This document shows positions 8,704 to 17,622 of a DNA stretch of 64,000 nt, one piece after another. This stretch comes from a virus. The translations under genes were made by a program, and so were the position numbers. Under the pieces are notes generated by a model. That model did no database searches and was not told the DNA's origin. It worked only from the letters and a program-made list of their open reading frames with translations. Positions within the stretch are counted from its first letter, which is position 1, and every line of letters begins with the position of its first letter. The DNA lies in the IMG/VR virus record IMGVR_UViG_3300043395_003072, positions 1 to 64,000 of that record; one strand, 5' to 3'.

Positions 8704-8956
8704 CTTCATTGCTTTTGTAATATTTATCAGCATAATTGTAGGAGTCTTGCTTTATGATAGTAATGCAGAAATTACTATCAAGATATGCAAAACTTCAGAT
8801 GGAAACGTAGTCTTTGCTGGAGAGAAAATTGATTACGATTTTCTTGTAAGGAAAGATCTAATATCTAAAGGATTAGTTTGCTCTGAAAGGCTTTACAAGA
8901 AGCAAGATTGGTATACTTTAAAAAACATAACAAAGCGCTCAATTAATATCAAATAA
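8696..8956 (+). CDS. membrane-anchored hypothetical protein
   Basis: N-terminal TM helix. Confidence 0.55.
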   Translation: MDNFIAFVIFISIIVGVLLYDSNAEITIKICKTSDGNVVFAGEKIDYDFLVRKDLISKGLVCSERLYKKQDWYTLKNITKRSINIK

Positions 8957-8968
8957 GGAATACAAATC

Positions 8969-9451
8969 ATGCAATGGTTTAAAGCTGATGGCGAACATAT
9001 ATTCTGGCAGGATATCTGCAATTCAATTACAGAAATGATCAGATCCGGAGCTGAGCATCAAATTGTAATAGGTTCAGATAGCCAGCCTAATTATAATAAA
9101 TCTATGTTCGTTGTAGCTTTATGCGTTATATCAGACTTTCCAGGTATGGAGAGAAGATATTACTATGCAAAAGTCAAACATGATAAGTATATGCCTCTTA
9201 GAGAACGCATATTAAAAGAAGCTAATCTTTCAATTGAAACTGCTTGCTTGCTAAGAGAGCGTTCTGATCTTGTAAATCAACAAGCTAATATTCAAATTCA
9301 TTTAGATGTTAGCTCTGAAGATTCAAAGAATAAGACAAGTAAAATGTCTTCAAGTATTATTAATCTAGTAAAGGCTTATAACTTTGAAGATGTTCAAATC
9401 AAACCTAATAGTTGGGCTGCTTCTTACATAGCAGACAAACACTCTAAATAA
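8969..9451 (+). CDS. RNase H-like YkuK (DUF458) family protein
   Basis: IGSDSQ, LRERILKEA..S, IHLDV, IKPNSWAASYIADKH. Confidence 0.85.
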   Translation: MQWFKADGEHIFWQDICNSITEMIRSGAEHQIVIGSDSQPNYNKSMFVVALCVISDFPGMERRYYYAKVKHDKYMPLRERILKEANLSIETACLLRERSDLVNQQANIQIHLDVSSEDSKNKTSKMSSSIINLVKAYNFEDVQIKPNSWAASYIADKHSK

Positions 9452-9462
9452 AGGATAAGTAT

Positions 9463-9696
9463 ATGTATCATATTGTAATTAAGAACCCTTATCGAAATTT
9501 TAGCAGTACTATTAATATTCTAAATGAAGATGCTTTGAAATTTCATTTAAACTTTATTAATCGCAATCCCTATTCTTGGAACTTTGATGAAGATCCAGAT
9601 TATTATATTGCCACTGATAATCTAAATACTGATGAAACAGTAATTAAGCTTCACAAGAGCTTTCCTCGTAATCTCCTCAAGGAGCTTTTTGCTTGA
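9463..9696 (+). CDS. hypothetical protein
   Basis: AAGGA RBS. Confidence 0.5.
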   Translation: MYHIVIKNPYRNFSSTINILNEDALKFHLNFINRNPYSWNFDEDPDYYIATDNLNTDETVIKLHKSFPRNLLKELFA

Positions 9697-10061
9697 AGCT
9701 ACCTCGCGGTGTACTTGAATTAGCTGTATCTCAAGCGCTCAAGAGTACTATGCTTCATCAACACGGAGCTGTTGTATGGAAAAATGGTACTATTCTTAGC
9801 GCAGGGTATAACTATCATAAATCTCCTCCTAGCGATAAAGATCAAAGGAGACTCTCTATTCATGGAGAGAAAGATGCTTTGGCTGGCTTGCGTGGAGATC
9901 AAATTTATGGCGCATCAATTCTAGCTGTTAGAGTTAGAAAGGATGGCTCCGTAAGTTCAGGTGCACCATGTAAAGGTTGCTACAAGCTTTTAAAACGTAA
10001 AGGTATCGCTCGTGCCTATTGGTTCGACGAGCATGGACAACTCAACTGCACTTATATGTAA
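9693..10061 (+). CDS. cytidine/dCMP deaminase-superfamily protein
   Basis: HGAVV...GYN, SIHGE, PCKGC zinc motif. Confidence 0.85.
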   Translation: MKLPRGVLELAVSQALKSTMLHQHGAVVWKNGTILSAGYNYHKSPPSDKDQRRLSIHGEKDALAGLRGDQIYGASILAVRVRKDGSVSSGAPCKGCYKLLKRKGIARAYWFDEHGQLNCTYM

Positions 10062-10070
10062 GGAAACAAA

Positions 10071-10256
10071 ATGAATGATCCTAACAATACTAATCGAGAT
10101 GATATTGAAGATGATGAGACCCTAGACGCCTTTAACCGAGATTGGGACCGAGAGGTTGCAAGAGAGGAAGGTATGCTAGGTGGTTTAGATGCTTATAATG
10201 ATTATATGGGTAATTATTATGAGCCAGAATATGATGGTTACGACCAAGATTATTAA
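10071..10256 (+). CDS. small acidic protein
   Basis: REVAREEGMLGGLDAYND; AAGGA RBS. Confidence 0.55.
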   Translation: MNDPNNTNRDDIEDDETLDAFNRDWDREVAREEGMLGGLDAYNDYMGNYYEPEYDGYDQDY

Positions 10257-10265
10257 AAAAACTTC

Positions 10266-10293
10266 TTGCACATAAAAAATTATGTGCTATATA
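10266..10293 (+). promoter_or_regulatory. sigma70-like promoter of the tRNA cluster with overlapping palindrome
   Basis: TTGCAC-N16-TATATA with TG upstream of -10; GCACATAA/TTATGTGC inverted repeat. Confidence 0.55.
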
Positions 10294-10304
10294 TAAAAAC
10301 ATAA

Positions 10305-10378
10305 GCGCTCATAGCTCAGCTGGATAGAGCAACGGCCTTCTAAGCCGTAGGTCATAGGTTCGAATCCTATTGAGCGTA
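10305..10378 (+). tRNA. tRNA-Arg(TCT)
   Basis: Cloverleaf; acggc-CT TCT AA-gccgt; GGTTCGAATCC. Confidence 0.95.
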
Positions 10379-10410
10379 TAAAATACTCTTTGAAAACAAA
10401 GACTTTTTAC

Positions 10411-10485
10411 GCTTCCTTAGCTCAATGGTAGAGCGAGGTGTGTGTTGTAACCCCTGGGTTCTAGGTTCGATTCCTAGAGGAAGCA
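10411..10485 (+). tRNA. aberrant tRNA, Thr(TGT)-like, distorted anticodon arm (possible pseudogene)
   Basis: Perfect acceptor, D and T arms; anticodon arm aggtg-tgtgttgtaa-cccct has a mismatch and a 10-nt loop. Confidence 0.65.
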
Positions 10486-10518
10486 TTAATTTGTATTAAT
10501 CAATGAAAGAATTTTGAA

Positions 10519-10839
10519 ATGATTATCTGTCGTATTACAGAGAATGAATATCTTCAAGTTGTTTATCTTGATGATATGGCTTCAAGAATAGATTCATTAC
10601 AAGTGAGAGTTTCTCTTAAAGAAATCCCATTTATTGAAGATTTTCTTTATAAAGCACTAAAAAGAATTGAAACATCTACTAATACTGTAGATGCTGAAAC
10701 TATAACTGAAGGTGCATATTCTATTTGCCTCTATCCTGCTGTTCATAAAGCAATCATTACCCTTAGAGGAGAAACTATTAAACTTCACTTTGATACTATT
10801 TCAGAACTAAAAAATAAACTAGCTTCCTTAGCTCAATAG
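10519..10839 (+). CDS. hypothetical protein; 3' end overlaps tRNA-Asn
   Basis: ORF track. Confidence 0.55.
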   Translation: MIICRITENEYLQVVYLDDMASRIDSLQVRVSLKEIPFIEDFLYKALKRIETSTNTVDAETITEGAYSICLYPAVHKAIITLRGETIKLHFDTISELKNKLASLAQ

Positions 10840-10895
10840 GTTAGAGCAACTGGCTGTTAACCAGTAGGTTCTAGGTTCAAGTCCTAGAGGAAGCG
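10822..10895 (+). tRNA. tRNA-Asn(GTT)
   Basis: actgg-CT GTT AA-ccagt; cloverleaf. Confidence 0.95.
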
Positions 10896-10898
10896 CTT

Positions 10899-10989
10899 AC
10901 AAACTCTCTACGGTGTTGAAAGAGTCTTAAATCTGTACGATCTGGTGGCATTGCAAGGCTTTTCTTGCAAACAGTCAGATGGAGTTTGT
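10899..10989 (+). ncRNA. candidate structured RNA between tRNAs
   Basis: Closing stem acaaactc/gagtttgt enclosing atctgg/tcagat and ttgcaag/cttgcaa. Confidence 0.4.
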
Positions 10990-10995
10990 TTTTAT

Positions 10996-11079
10996 GCCGC
11001 TGTGGTGGAATAGGTAGTCACAGGGGACTTAAAATCCCCCGCTCTAAAAGGCGTACCGGTTCGAGTCCGGTCAGCGGTA
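10996..11079 (+). tRNA. tRNA-Leu(TAA)
   Basis: gggga-CT TAA AA-tcccc; long variable arm. Confidence 0.95.
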
Positions 11080-11082
11080 TAC

Positions 11083-11155
11083 GGGCGTGTAGCTCAGTGG
11101 TTAGAGCAGCCGGCTCATAACCGGTCGGTCGTGGGTTCAATCCCCTCCGCGCCCA
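11083..11155 (+). tRNA. tRNA with CAT anticodon (Ile2 or elongator Met)
   Basis: gccgg-CT CAT AA-ccggt; paired G1-C72, so not initiator. Confidence 0.9.
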
Positions 11156-11180
11156 CTTATTATAATATAAAGGGTTAAAA

Positions 11181-11504
11181 ATGATTCAATACTTACTTCC
11201 ATGTACGTTACTAGTTATATCTAGTATAATATTTTGGTTTAAAGGTAACGCAAAAGATCTATTCGGTATAGAATGGGGCCCTTTTGAATGGTGGATATAT
11301 ACAAGCCTAGCTACTAACTACATGACACTTATATCATGGTGGAAGTTACTAGAGCTTGGAGATGTATGGAAGGCAGGAGTGATATGGGGAGTAATAAGTC
11401 TTTTTGTAGACCTAACTTTGAATTCCTGGTATTACGGATTCAATTGGAAAGGTCTTGTCGCTATGTGCTTATGCGCATGCGCAGCCATCATAATACATAA
11501 CTAA
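11181..11504 (+). CDS. small 4-TM membrane protein (SMR/DMT-like size)
   Basis: Four hydrophobic segments in 107 aa. Confidence 0.6.
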   Translation: MIQYLLPCTLLVISSIIFWFKGNAKDLFGIEWGPFEWWIYTSLATNYMTLISWWKLLELGDVWKAGVIWGVISLFVDLTLNSWYYGFNWKGLVAMCLCACAAIIIHN

Positions 11505-11530
11505 TAACCTGTAACAACAAAGGAATAACT

Positions 11531-11920
11531 ATGCTTACTAAAGAAGAACAAAATAATTTTGCCTCCTCTGAGGATCCTAAAGATAAAGTGCGAATTGCAA
11601 TCTCAATTGCCTTTTATGTCTCCTCAGTTTCTACTCTCTCTTATGATACTCAAAATCTTGCTTTGCTTGCTGCTCATAGGTGGCAAGTAGCTTATGATTT
11701 TGGTACTATCGAAAGAGTTTATCCTTGGATCTTTGGCTTGCCAAACGATCCTTTCGGAGAGTTTGAAAGACTCTTCGGTATGCAGGGTTGGAATCCTGAT
11801 GATATTATTGTCGACAAGTTTGCAAACGTCATACCCACCAAAGATTATCTCGATGAGCTAATGGCTGGTATTGACGCTTACAAGTTTGATCGTACTGTTA
11901 GTCCTGAGGAAGACTTTTAG
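11531..11920 (+). CDS. hypothetical protein
   Basis: AAGGA RBS. Confidence 0.6.
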   Translation: MLTKEEQNNFASSEDPKDKVRIAISIAFYVSSVSTLSYDTQNLALLAAHRWQVAYDFGTIERVYPWIFGLPNDPFGEFERLFGMQGWNPDDIIVDKFANVIPTKDYLDELMAGIDAYKFDRTVSPEEDF

Positions 11921-12164
11921 TCAACTCTAACCTAACTAGTCTCTCTTCAAGTTCTTTGACGTCTTTTTGAAGTGGCTCAATCACTTCTTCTTCAAGCTCT
12001 TCAATGGACTTAACCTTGTCTTCCTTTAACTCTAAATGCTTTAAAGCTAATTTATAAGCAAAAAAAGATATAAAACAAAGTACTCCAGCCCAAATGTTCT
12101 GCTCTATAATCTTTAAAACGATTATAGTAATATCTATTTCTTTGACATTAGTCTGTTCTGGCAT
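11898..12164 (-). CDS. membrane protein with coiled coil (holin-like candidate)
   Basis: AGGAG RBS on the minus strand; TM helix then heptads. Confidence 0.5.
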   Translation of the reverse strand: MPEQTNVKEIDITIIVLKIIEQNIWAGVLCFISFFAYKLALKHLELKEDKVKSIEELEEEVIEPLQKDVKELEERLVRLELTKSLPQD

Positions 12165-12180
12165 TATAGTTCTCCTATAT

Positions 12181-12261
12181 GGGAAGGATGCTCGATGGTT
12201 GGGCAGCAGGCTGTAAACCTGTGGTCTTTGGACACTGTGGGTTCGACCCCCTCCCTTCCCA
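12181..12261 (+). tRNA. tRNA-Tyr(GTA)
   Basis: gcagg-CT GTA AA-cctgt; long variable arm. Confidence 0.9.
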
Positions 12262-12354
12262 TTTTACTACTAACGTGCGAGTAGTAAAACCTGGCTTATG
12301 AAGCTGGGGCGTTTTTTGGATATCCTCAGTAATTCTGCTGGGGATATCCGTCCT

Positions 12355-12426
12355 GCGAAAGTAACTCAATGGTAGAGTATCTGCCTTCCAAGCAGAATGT
12401 TGCGGGTTCAAATCCCGTCTTTCGCT
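12355..12426 (+). tRNA. tRNA-Gly(TCC)
   Basis: tctgc-CT TCC AA-gcaga. Confidence 0.95.
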
Positions 12427-12455
12427 ATTCTTTTAACTGTAAAAGAGCAATCGTA

Positions 12456-12809
12456 ATGAAAGTAATTCAACCTGTACCTGCAGTTCAAGAGTTTATGCTT
12501 AGTTTCGATATCGCTTGGCCTATACTCGAAACGCTTCATAATAATAACTTAGCAGATAACCTAATAGCTAAAACAATCACAAGCCATCAAGTAGTAGAAA
12601 ATACATTTCTTTATGAAGTATGGCTCATGGGTGATTTTAGTAACCACACTATAGCTGATAAGCTAAATGGAATCTGGATTGCTTTTACTACGAGTACAAT
12701 CCCAGATTATAATCTATGTACTACTATTCTTAAAACAATCAAAGAAGCTAAACTGCTTTACTCTACAAGAGAAGCAGCACTAGCTAATCCTATTGTACTG
12801 AGCGTTTAA
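12456..12809 (+). CDS. hypothetical protein
   Basis: ATG 12456; track start lies inside tRNA-Gly. Confidence 0.55.
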   Translation: MKVIQPVPAVQEFMLSFDIAWPILETLHNNNLADNLIAKTITSHQVVENTFLYEVWLMGDFSNHTIADKLNGIWIAFTTSTIPDYNLCTTILKTIKEAKLLYSTREAALANPIVLSV

Positions 12810-12816
12810 AGGTATT

Positions 12817-13344
12817 ATGCAAAAGAATGTAATTGATGATTACAAAGAGTGGGAAACTATTAAGATCAAAGAAGATTTAGATCGTAAAGCTTTTCCTTAC
12901 TCTGTAATGATGCAACATATTCAAGGTGATTTCAACATTTCTACATTTATTAGAAATGGAAATGCCTTTGGAGTTAAAGAACTATTCTATTATGGCATTA
13001 AGAAATGGGATCGCCGAGGAGCTGTAGGCACTCATAACTACAAGCAACTCACGCATCTTAATTCTTTTGAAGAAATTAAATCTTTAAAAGATAAATACAC
13101 TCTTGTTGCCGTAGAAAACACTTTAGAAAATTCAGTACCAATTCAAGATTTTCAATTAAAAGAAAATCTATTATTTATTTTTGGAGAAGAAATGCTAGGA
13201 ATTTCAAAAGAAGTTCTAGACATTTGCGATTATTCTGTACATATTAATCAATACGGTAGCGTGCGTTCTTTAAATGTAGGCACCGCTAGCGGGATTATAA
13301 TGCAATATGCTTCTAATTACTTTTCTAAAATGAGAAATAAATGA
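12817..13344 (+). CDS. SpoU/TrmH-family RNA 2'-O-methyltransferase
   Basis: NISTFIR...AFG, IFGEEMLGIS, INQYGSVRSLNVGTA (SPOUT motifs). Confidence 0.9.
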   Translation: MQKNVIDDYKEWETIKIKEDLDRKAFPYSVMMQHIQGDFNISTFIRNGNAFGVKELFYYGIKKWDRRGAVGTHNYKQLTHLNSFEEIKSLKDKYTLVAVENTLENSVPIQDFQLKENLLFIFGEEMLGISKEVLDICDYSVHINQYGSVRSLNVGTASGIIMQYASNYFSKMRNK

Positions 13345-13514
13345 GTAGGAACGATCTTAGAATTAAAGAATTACACGAAACAATCTCTCTTTATAAAGAC
13401 AAGCTCGAATATTATGAAGAGATCGATGACAAAAAGAATATTAAGTCTCTAAAAGATTCAATAAAGAAGCTCGAAAAAGAACTTAATAAGCTTTTAAATG
13501 TGAAAGAAGCTTAA
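13341..13514 (+). CDS. small coiled-coil protein
   Basis: 57 aa MSRNDLRIKELHE... Confidence 0.5.
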   Translation: MSRNDLRIKELHETISLYKDKLEYYEEIDDKKNIKSLKDSIKKLEKELNKLLNVKEA

Positions 13515-13542
13515 TCACTTCACTACTTGTATTGGAAATAAC

Positions 13543-13800
13543 ATGTCTAAGAATGCATTAGTATTAACAACTCAAACATATGATTCAAATATCATTACGA
13601 GGGTAATCAAAGACTTTAACTCTTGGTTTACCAGGTACAACATAGATACTTACAGCTTTAAGCTAGTAGATCAACATGCAAAGTTTGATCTTCCCAGCCA
13701 TGATTGTCTTTTGTTACTAGAAGACGATCCATTCGCTCCAGACTTATTGTTGCAAATTTCTATTCTCGATTTAACTGACAAAGAGGTATTCCTAGTATGA
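13543..13800 (+). CDS. hypothetical protein
   Basis: ORF track. Confidence 0.5.
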   Translation: MSKNALVLTTQTYDSNIITRVIKDFNSWFTRYNIDTYSFKLVDQHAKFDLPSHDCLLLLEDDPFAPDLLLQISILDLTDKEVFLV

Positions 13801-14075
13801 GCTGCAGTGTACTTTATTATGTAGATTCCAATGGTCAATCCATGTGGAGATGCCCAAAGACTTTTGGCACTAAAGAAACTCATTACATGCATGAGACTCG
13901 CTGCTGGCGTTTCAACTGTCCAGGAGCTAAGCCTCCCAACCCTGTATCTATTTGTCAAAGAGAAGGTTGCTCAAACTTACGCAGAGCTTCTAGAGATGCT
14001 AAGTATTGCAGTGACAATTGTAGAAAAGTTGCACATCGTCAAAGGCAAAGAAGTGCATTACAATTACCTTCCTAA
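13797..14075 (+). CDS. Cys-rich zinc-finger protein
   Basis: CQREGC...AKYCSDNCR. Confidence 0.65.
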   Translation: MSCSVLYYVDSNGQSMWRCPKTFGTKETHYMHETRCWRFNCPGAKPPNPVSICQREGCSNLRRASRDAKYCSDNCRKVAHRQRQRSALQLPS

Positions 14076-14643
14076 GTTTCTTTATAAAGAAGAAGCTGAT
14101 TACTTACTTAACTACCTGAAAAATGAAATACCTTGGCGCCAAATAAAGTATTACAAGCCCGAAAGGGGATATGTAATTACTCCAAGATTAACTTGGGTAG
14201 CTGGGTTCCACCAAGATACTCATTATAAGCTAAAGAATGGCGTTTTCCCGAACGCTATTCCAGACCCCTTACTCCCACTCAAGAATTTAGTAGAAGAGCA
14301 CACAGGCGTTATTTATAACTTTATTCTATTCGCTCAATATAGGGATGGACAAGATTCAATTACTTATCATTCTGATGACGAAATGTTTCTTGGTTCCTCC
14401 CCTACTATAGCCTCTATCACTGTAGGTGAAGAAAGACTATTTTGCCTAAAGCATAAAGAGTCTAAAGAAGTAGAATCTTTTAATCTAGGGCATGGAGATA
14501 TGCTTGTTATGCAAGAAAACTGTCAAAAAGACTACATGCACTCAGTCCCCAAAACAACTCAACAAAAGTCTCCAAGATATTCTCTTACCTTCAGAAGAGC
14601 ATTAAATGAATATGGTTCTTCTAATTATTATACATACAATTGA
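14053..14643 (+). CDS. AlkB-family 2OG-Fe(II) dioxygenase (ALKBH2/3-like)
   Basis: PRLTW, YRDGQDSITYHSDDE, HSVPK, RYSLTFR; likely GTG start 14053. Confidence 0.92.
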   Translation: MHYNYLPKFLYKEEADYLLNYLKNEIPWRQIKYYKPERGYVITPRLTWVAGFHQDTHYKLKNGVFPNAIPDPLLPLKNLVEEHTGVIYNFILFAQYRDGQDSITYHSDDEMFLGSSPTIASITVGEERLFCLKHKESKEVESFNLGHGDMLVMQENCQKDYMHSVPKTTQQKSPRYSLTFRRALNEYGSSNYYTYN

Positions 14644-14762
14644 TTTTCCTTTAATATTCTGTTAAATAGGCTCAAAAAGGAGCTTATTATGGAAGAAACC
14701 TTTTACTTTACCTTTATAATTTTCTCTTACTCTTCAATAATTATAGGAAATATTTTAAATAA

Positions 14763-14978
14763 ATGAGTAGTGTTCCTCTAGAAGTAAAAACTTTCATTAA
14801 TGAACTTAACGTTTTACTTCGTAAGCATAAGATGATTATCGACTTCACTACAGGCTCTCTAATCTTCAAGCAATATAATCAAGGTAACCTTGAGGATAAC
14901 TACACAAGAGTTACACTTGCTGATGATTTCTCTGAGCTTTACGAGTCTAAACTAATCCACTCACAGGAAGACTCTTGA
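14763..14978 (+). CDS. hypothetical protein
   Basis: ORF track. Confidence 0.5.
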   Translation: MSSVPLEVKTFINELNVLLRKHKMIIDFTTGSLIFKQYNQGNLEDNYTRVTLADDFSELYESKLIHSQEDS

Positions 14979-15436
14979 TTGATCCAGTACTATTCTGTTT
15001 AGTTTTTCAGAACTTAATTTCCTTTAATAAAATTGATGCTACTCCAGAAGCTGCTAAGGTTTTCTGTGAACAAGCAGAGAATTTAGTTAGCGCTGCAGAA
15101 GCTAACGATCTCTCTCCTTTTATATTGGCATCAATTATTTATTGCGAAAGTAGATGGATTCCAGAAACCAAAAGCACTGCTGGTGCTTGTGGTTTAGCTC
15201 AAGTAGTACCCAAGTATTTTGGTGTTACTTGCCAAGAGCTAGTAAATAATCCTGACTTAGCAATAGAAACTGGAGCTTATGCTTTTCATCTTTGGAAGTT
15301 GCGTACCAAAGGTGATCGTTATAAAGCTTTAGAGTGCTATAGCACTGGAAATAAATGCTCTTACCCTGATTACGCAAATAAAGTTATATCTACAGCAAAT
15401 CTTTTTAGAAAGACATACGAAAGGTTAAATAAATGA
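14975..15436 (+). CDS. SLT-family lytic transglycosylase
   Basis: IIYCESRW, GACGLAQV, AL..Y..G. Confidence 0.88.
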   Translation: MIDPVLFCLVFQNLISFNKIDATPEAAKVFCEQAENLVSAAEANDLSPFILASIIYCESRWIPETKSTAGACGLAQVVPKYFGVTCQELVNNPDLAIETGAYAFHLWKLRTKGDRYKALECYSTGNKCSYPDYANKVISTANLFRKTYERLNK

Positions 15437-16131
15437 AGATTTATGGTTCTCTTACAGTACCGAATCTAGCTTGGCGCCACACATACAACAGTATCCTCAC
15501 ATTCTTCAATGAGGAGATCAAGAATAGCTTTATCCGAGCTAGTCAATTTCATGTAGCGAATCTAGATTCAGATAAGACTGTTGATGAAATTACTGAACTC
15601 TTTGATGAGTACTCTGTTACTAATAAGCTTAGCCCTTATCAAGATTATCTAATTAGATCTTCTTTGTTTAATGGTGGCAACTTTTGCAAGCCAAAGCGTA
15701 GCAATTTTACACCTTACACTAACCGCACAACTTACATTCATGCAGTTGGTGTTAAGCTAAACATTGATAAAGATAATCATTCAATTACTCTAGAGACTTC
15801 TGAGTTTGATGATTTCGATAAGTATATGGCTTCTAATGGCTTCATTACAGAGTTTACTACTATGGTGAATAGTATTAATTGGCCCACTCGTACAGGGCCT
15901 TCTAAGACTGTTAGGGGTTGTACTCTAGTTAAGGAAGACGCTCGAAGCAATCGCACGCTTTACTATCAAGTAGGACCTTATCCTCCTGTGATGGATTATA
16001 GCTCAGATGAAACTCTTCCTGAGCCTGCACATTTGTCTTCTACTATGCTTCGTAATATCAAAGTCTCTTCTGTTACTCCAGACCCTATGTTGCAGCCTCT
16101 GCCCCAGCCAGAGGATCTTAGTGAGGTATAA
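15433..16131 (+). CDS. hypothetical protein
   Basis: 232 aa coupled ORF. Confidence 0.65.
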   Translation: MKIYGSLTVPNLAWRHTYNSILTFFNEEIKNSFIRASQFHVANLDSDKTVDEITELFDEYSVTNKLSPYQDYLIRSSLFNGGNFCKPKRSNFTPYTNRTTYIHAVGVKLNIDKDNHSITLETSEFDDFDKYMASNGFITEFTTMVNSINWPTRTGPSKTVRGCTLVKEDARSNRTLYYQVGPYPPVMDYSSDETLPEPAHLSSTMLRNIKVSSVTPDPMLQPLPQPEDLSEV

Positions 16132-16410
16132 ATGACTCCTTCAGAACTTCGTAGTAATATTAAGACTATATTCTCATACTATCAGATGAATGCACTTTCT
16201 ACTGTACTTGATCCCGATACAGATCTAAATATTATCAATGCAATCAGTTTTCTAAACTCAGTTATGAGTGACCTAAGCATTGAAGATATTGCAGAAAATA
16301 GAATCCCAGAAGATAAACGCTTGTTTGCTTCTTATGCAATTATGTGTTCAACTCTTGCTTTGCATAATATTGCTAATAAGAATAACATGAATGTTAAACT
16401 GGACCTATAA
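16132..16410 (+). CDS. hypothetical protein
   Basis: GAGG RBS. Confidence 0.55.
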   Translation: MTPSELRSNIKTIFSYYQMNALSTVLDPDTDLNIINAISFLNSVMSDLSIEDIAENRIPEDKRLFASYAIMCSTLALHNIANKNNMNVKLDL

Positions 16411-17246
16411 TGCTAGATATTGTTTTAGATCAAGAAACTAAATCTGCGCTACTCTATTCTAACAGAAGCGACATTCCAGGTTCAGTACATCTAATGCAGT
16501 ATATGGGTGAAGATGGTATCACCCAAGTAAATGCAGCAAGAGCTTCCTTTATGAAGGAAGTTACTGAAATGTCTCCTCGAGATTATAAGCTACTAGAGTA
16601 TTGCATTAGAGAGAAGCACACTAGTGTAGCTGAGCACAATGTACTTACTTTTAGATTTAAGGTGCCTCTTTTTGTTGCTAGACAACATATGAGGCATCGT
16701 ACTTGGTCTTATAATGAAGTCAGCAGGCGTTATACTAGTGAAGCTTTAGACTTCTATCTCCCTAGAACATTCAGAAAGCAAGCGGCTTCTAACCGTCAAG
16801 CTTCTATTGATTCTGATGAAATCTGGAATCCTACTATCTCAGAGATTCATGGAACTAGACACATTTGGCCTCTTAAAGCATATGAAGCAGGTAAGGAAAT
16901 AACAGAGCGCTCTGTTAAGATGTACAATGCAATGCTTGAAGCTGGCGTATCTAGAGAGGAAGCACGTATGTTTCTTCCTCAGAATCTCTATACTACATAT
17001 TGGGGTACAGTTAATCTTAATAATTTCTTGAAGTTTTATGAGTTGCGCTCACATGAAGGCGCACAAAAAGAAATTGTTGAAGTCGCTGAAGCCTGTATGT
17101 CTCTTGTTCAAATGGTATGGCCTCACACTGTTGAGAGATATCAAAAAGCAAAACAACCAACAGTAAATAATATTATTAGTCAAATCAATCTACTAACCTC
17201 AGATGAGCGTGAGACGCTCATTAGTTCTCTAAATACAAAAGGATAA
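16410..17246 (+). CDS. thyX: flavin-dependent thymidylate synthase
   Basis: HTSVAEH, RQHMRHRTWSYNEVSRRY, AR.FLP, LRSHEGAQKEI. Confidence 0.95.
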   Translation: MLDIVLDQETKSALLYSNRSDIPGSVHLMQYMGEDGITQVNAARASFMKEVTEMSPRDYKLLEYCIREKHTSVAEHNVLTFRFKVPLFVARQHMRHRTWSYNEVSRRYTSEALDFYLPRTFRKQAASNRQASIDSDEIWNPTISEIHGTRHIWPLKAYEAGKEITERSVKMYNAMLEAGVSREEARMFLPQNLYTTYWGTVNLNNFLKFYELRSHEGAQKEIVEVAEACMSLVQMVWPHTVERYQKAKQPTVNNIISQINLLTSDERETLISSLNTKG

Positions 17247-17250
17247 TAAC

Positions 17251-17622
17251 ATGTCTAATTTTAATCAGTGGATCGGCGAAGGCAATCTCTCTTGTGACCC
17301 CGAGCTTCGTTTTACTCACGATTCAAGTCGTCCAGTAACTAACTTTAATCTCTTCGTTGATAATACTTACAAGTCAAAGAAGGGTGTTGAGGAAGCTGTA
17401 ATGAAGAAGCGTAGCTCTCGCATCCCAGTAGTAGCTTGGGCTGCAAAAGCAGAGGCTATTTCAAAGAACTTCAAGAAGGGAGATAAGGTCCGAGTAGTCG
17501 GCCATATTCGTACCCGCCTTGTAGAGAAGGATGGGGTTACTTTCAATAGCTTTGAGATTGTAGCTGAGGAAGTAACTCTTATTCGAAAGTACACTCCTCG
17601 CGAAGATCTATCTCAGGACTGA
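17251..17622 (+). CDS. ssb: single-stranded DNA-binding protein
   Basis: GNL..DPELRFT, VVAW..KAE, KKGDKVRVVG.IRTR, EIVAEEV. Confidence 0.9.
   Translation: MSNFNQWIGEGNLSCDPELRFTHDSSRPVTNFNLFVDNTYKSKKGVEEAVMKKRSSRIPVVAWAAKAEAISKNFKKGDKVRVVGHIRTRLVEKDGVTFNSFEIVAEEVTLIRKYTPREDLSQD

Noticed and set aside
12175-12455. ORF 12175..12411(-) and the N-terminus of ORF 12369..12809
   Set aside because: They overlap tRNA-Tyr and tRNA-Gly; shadow translations.
13831-14052. N-terminal extension of AlkB
   Set aside because: Overlaps the zinc-finger gene 13797..14075 in another frame; AlkB similarity starts near 14053.
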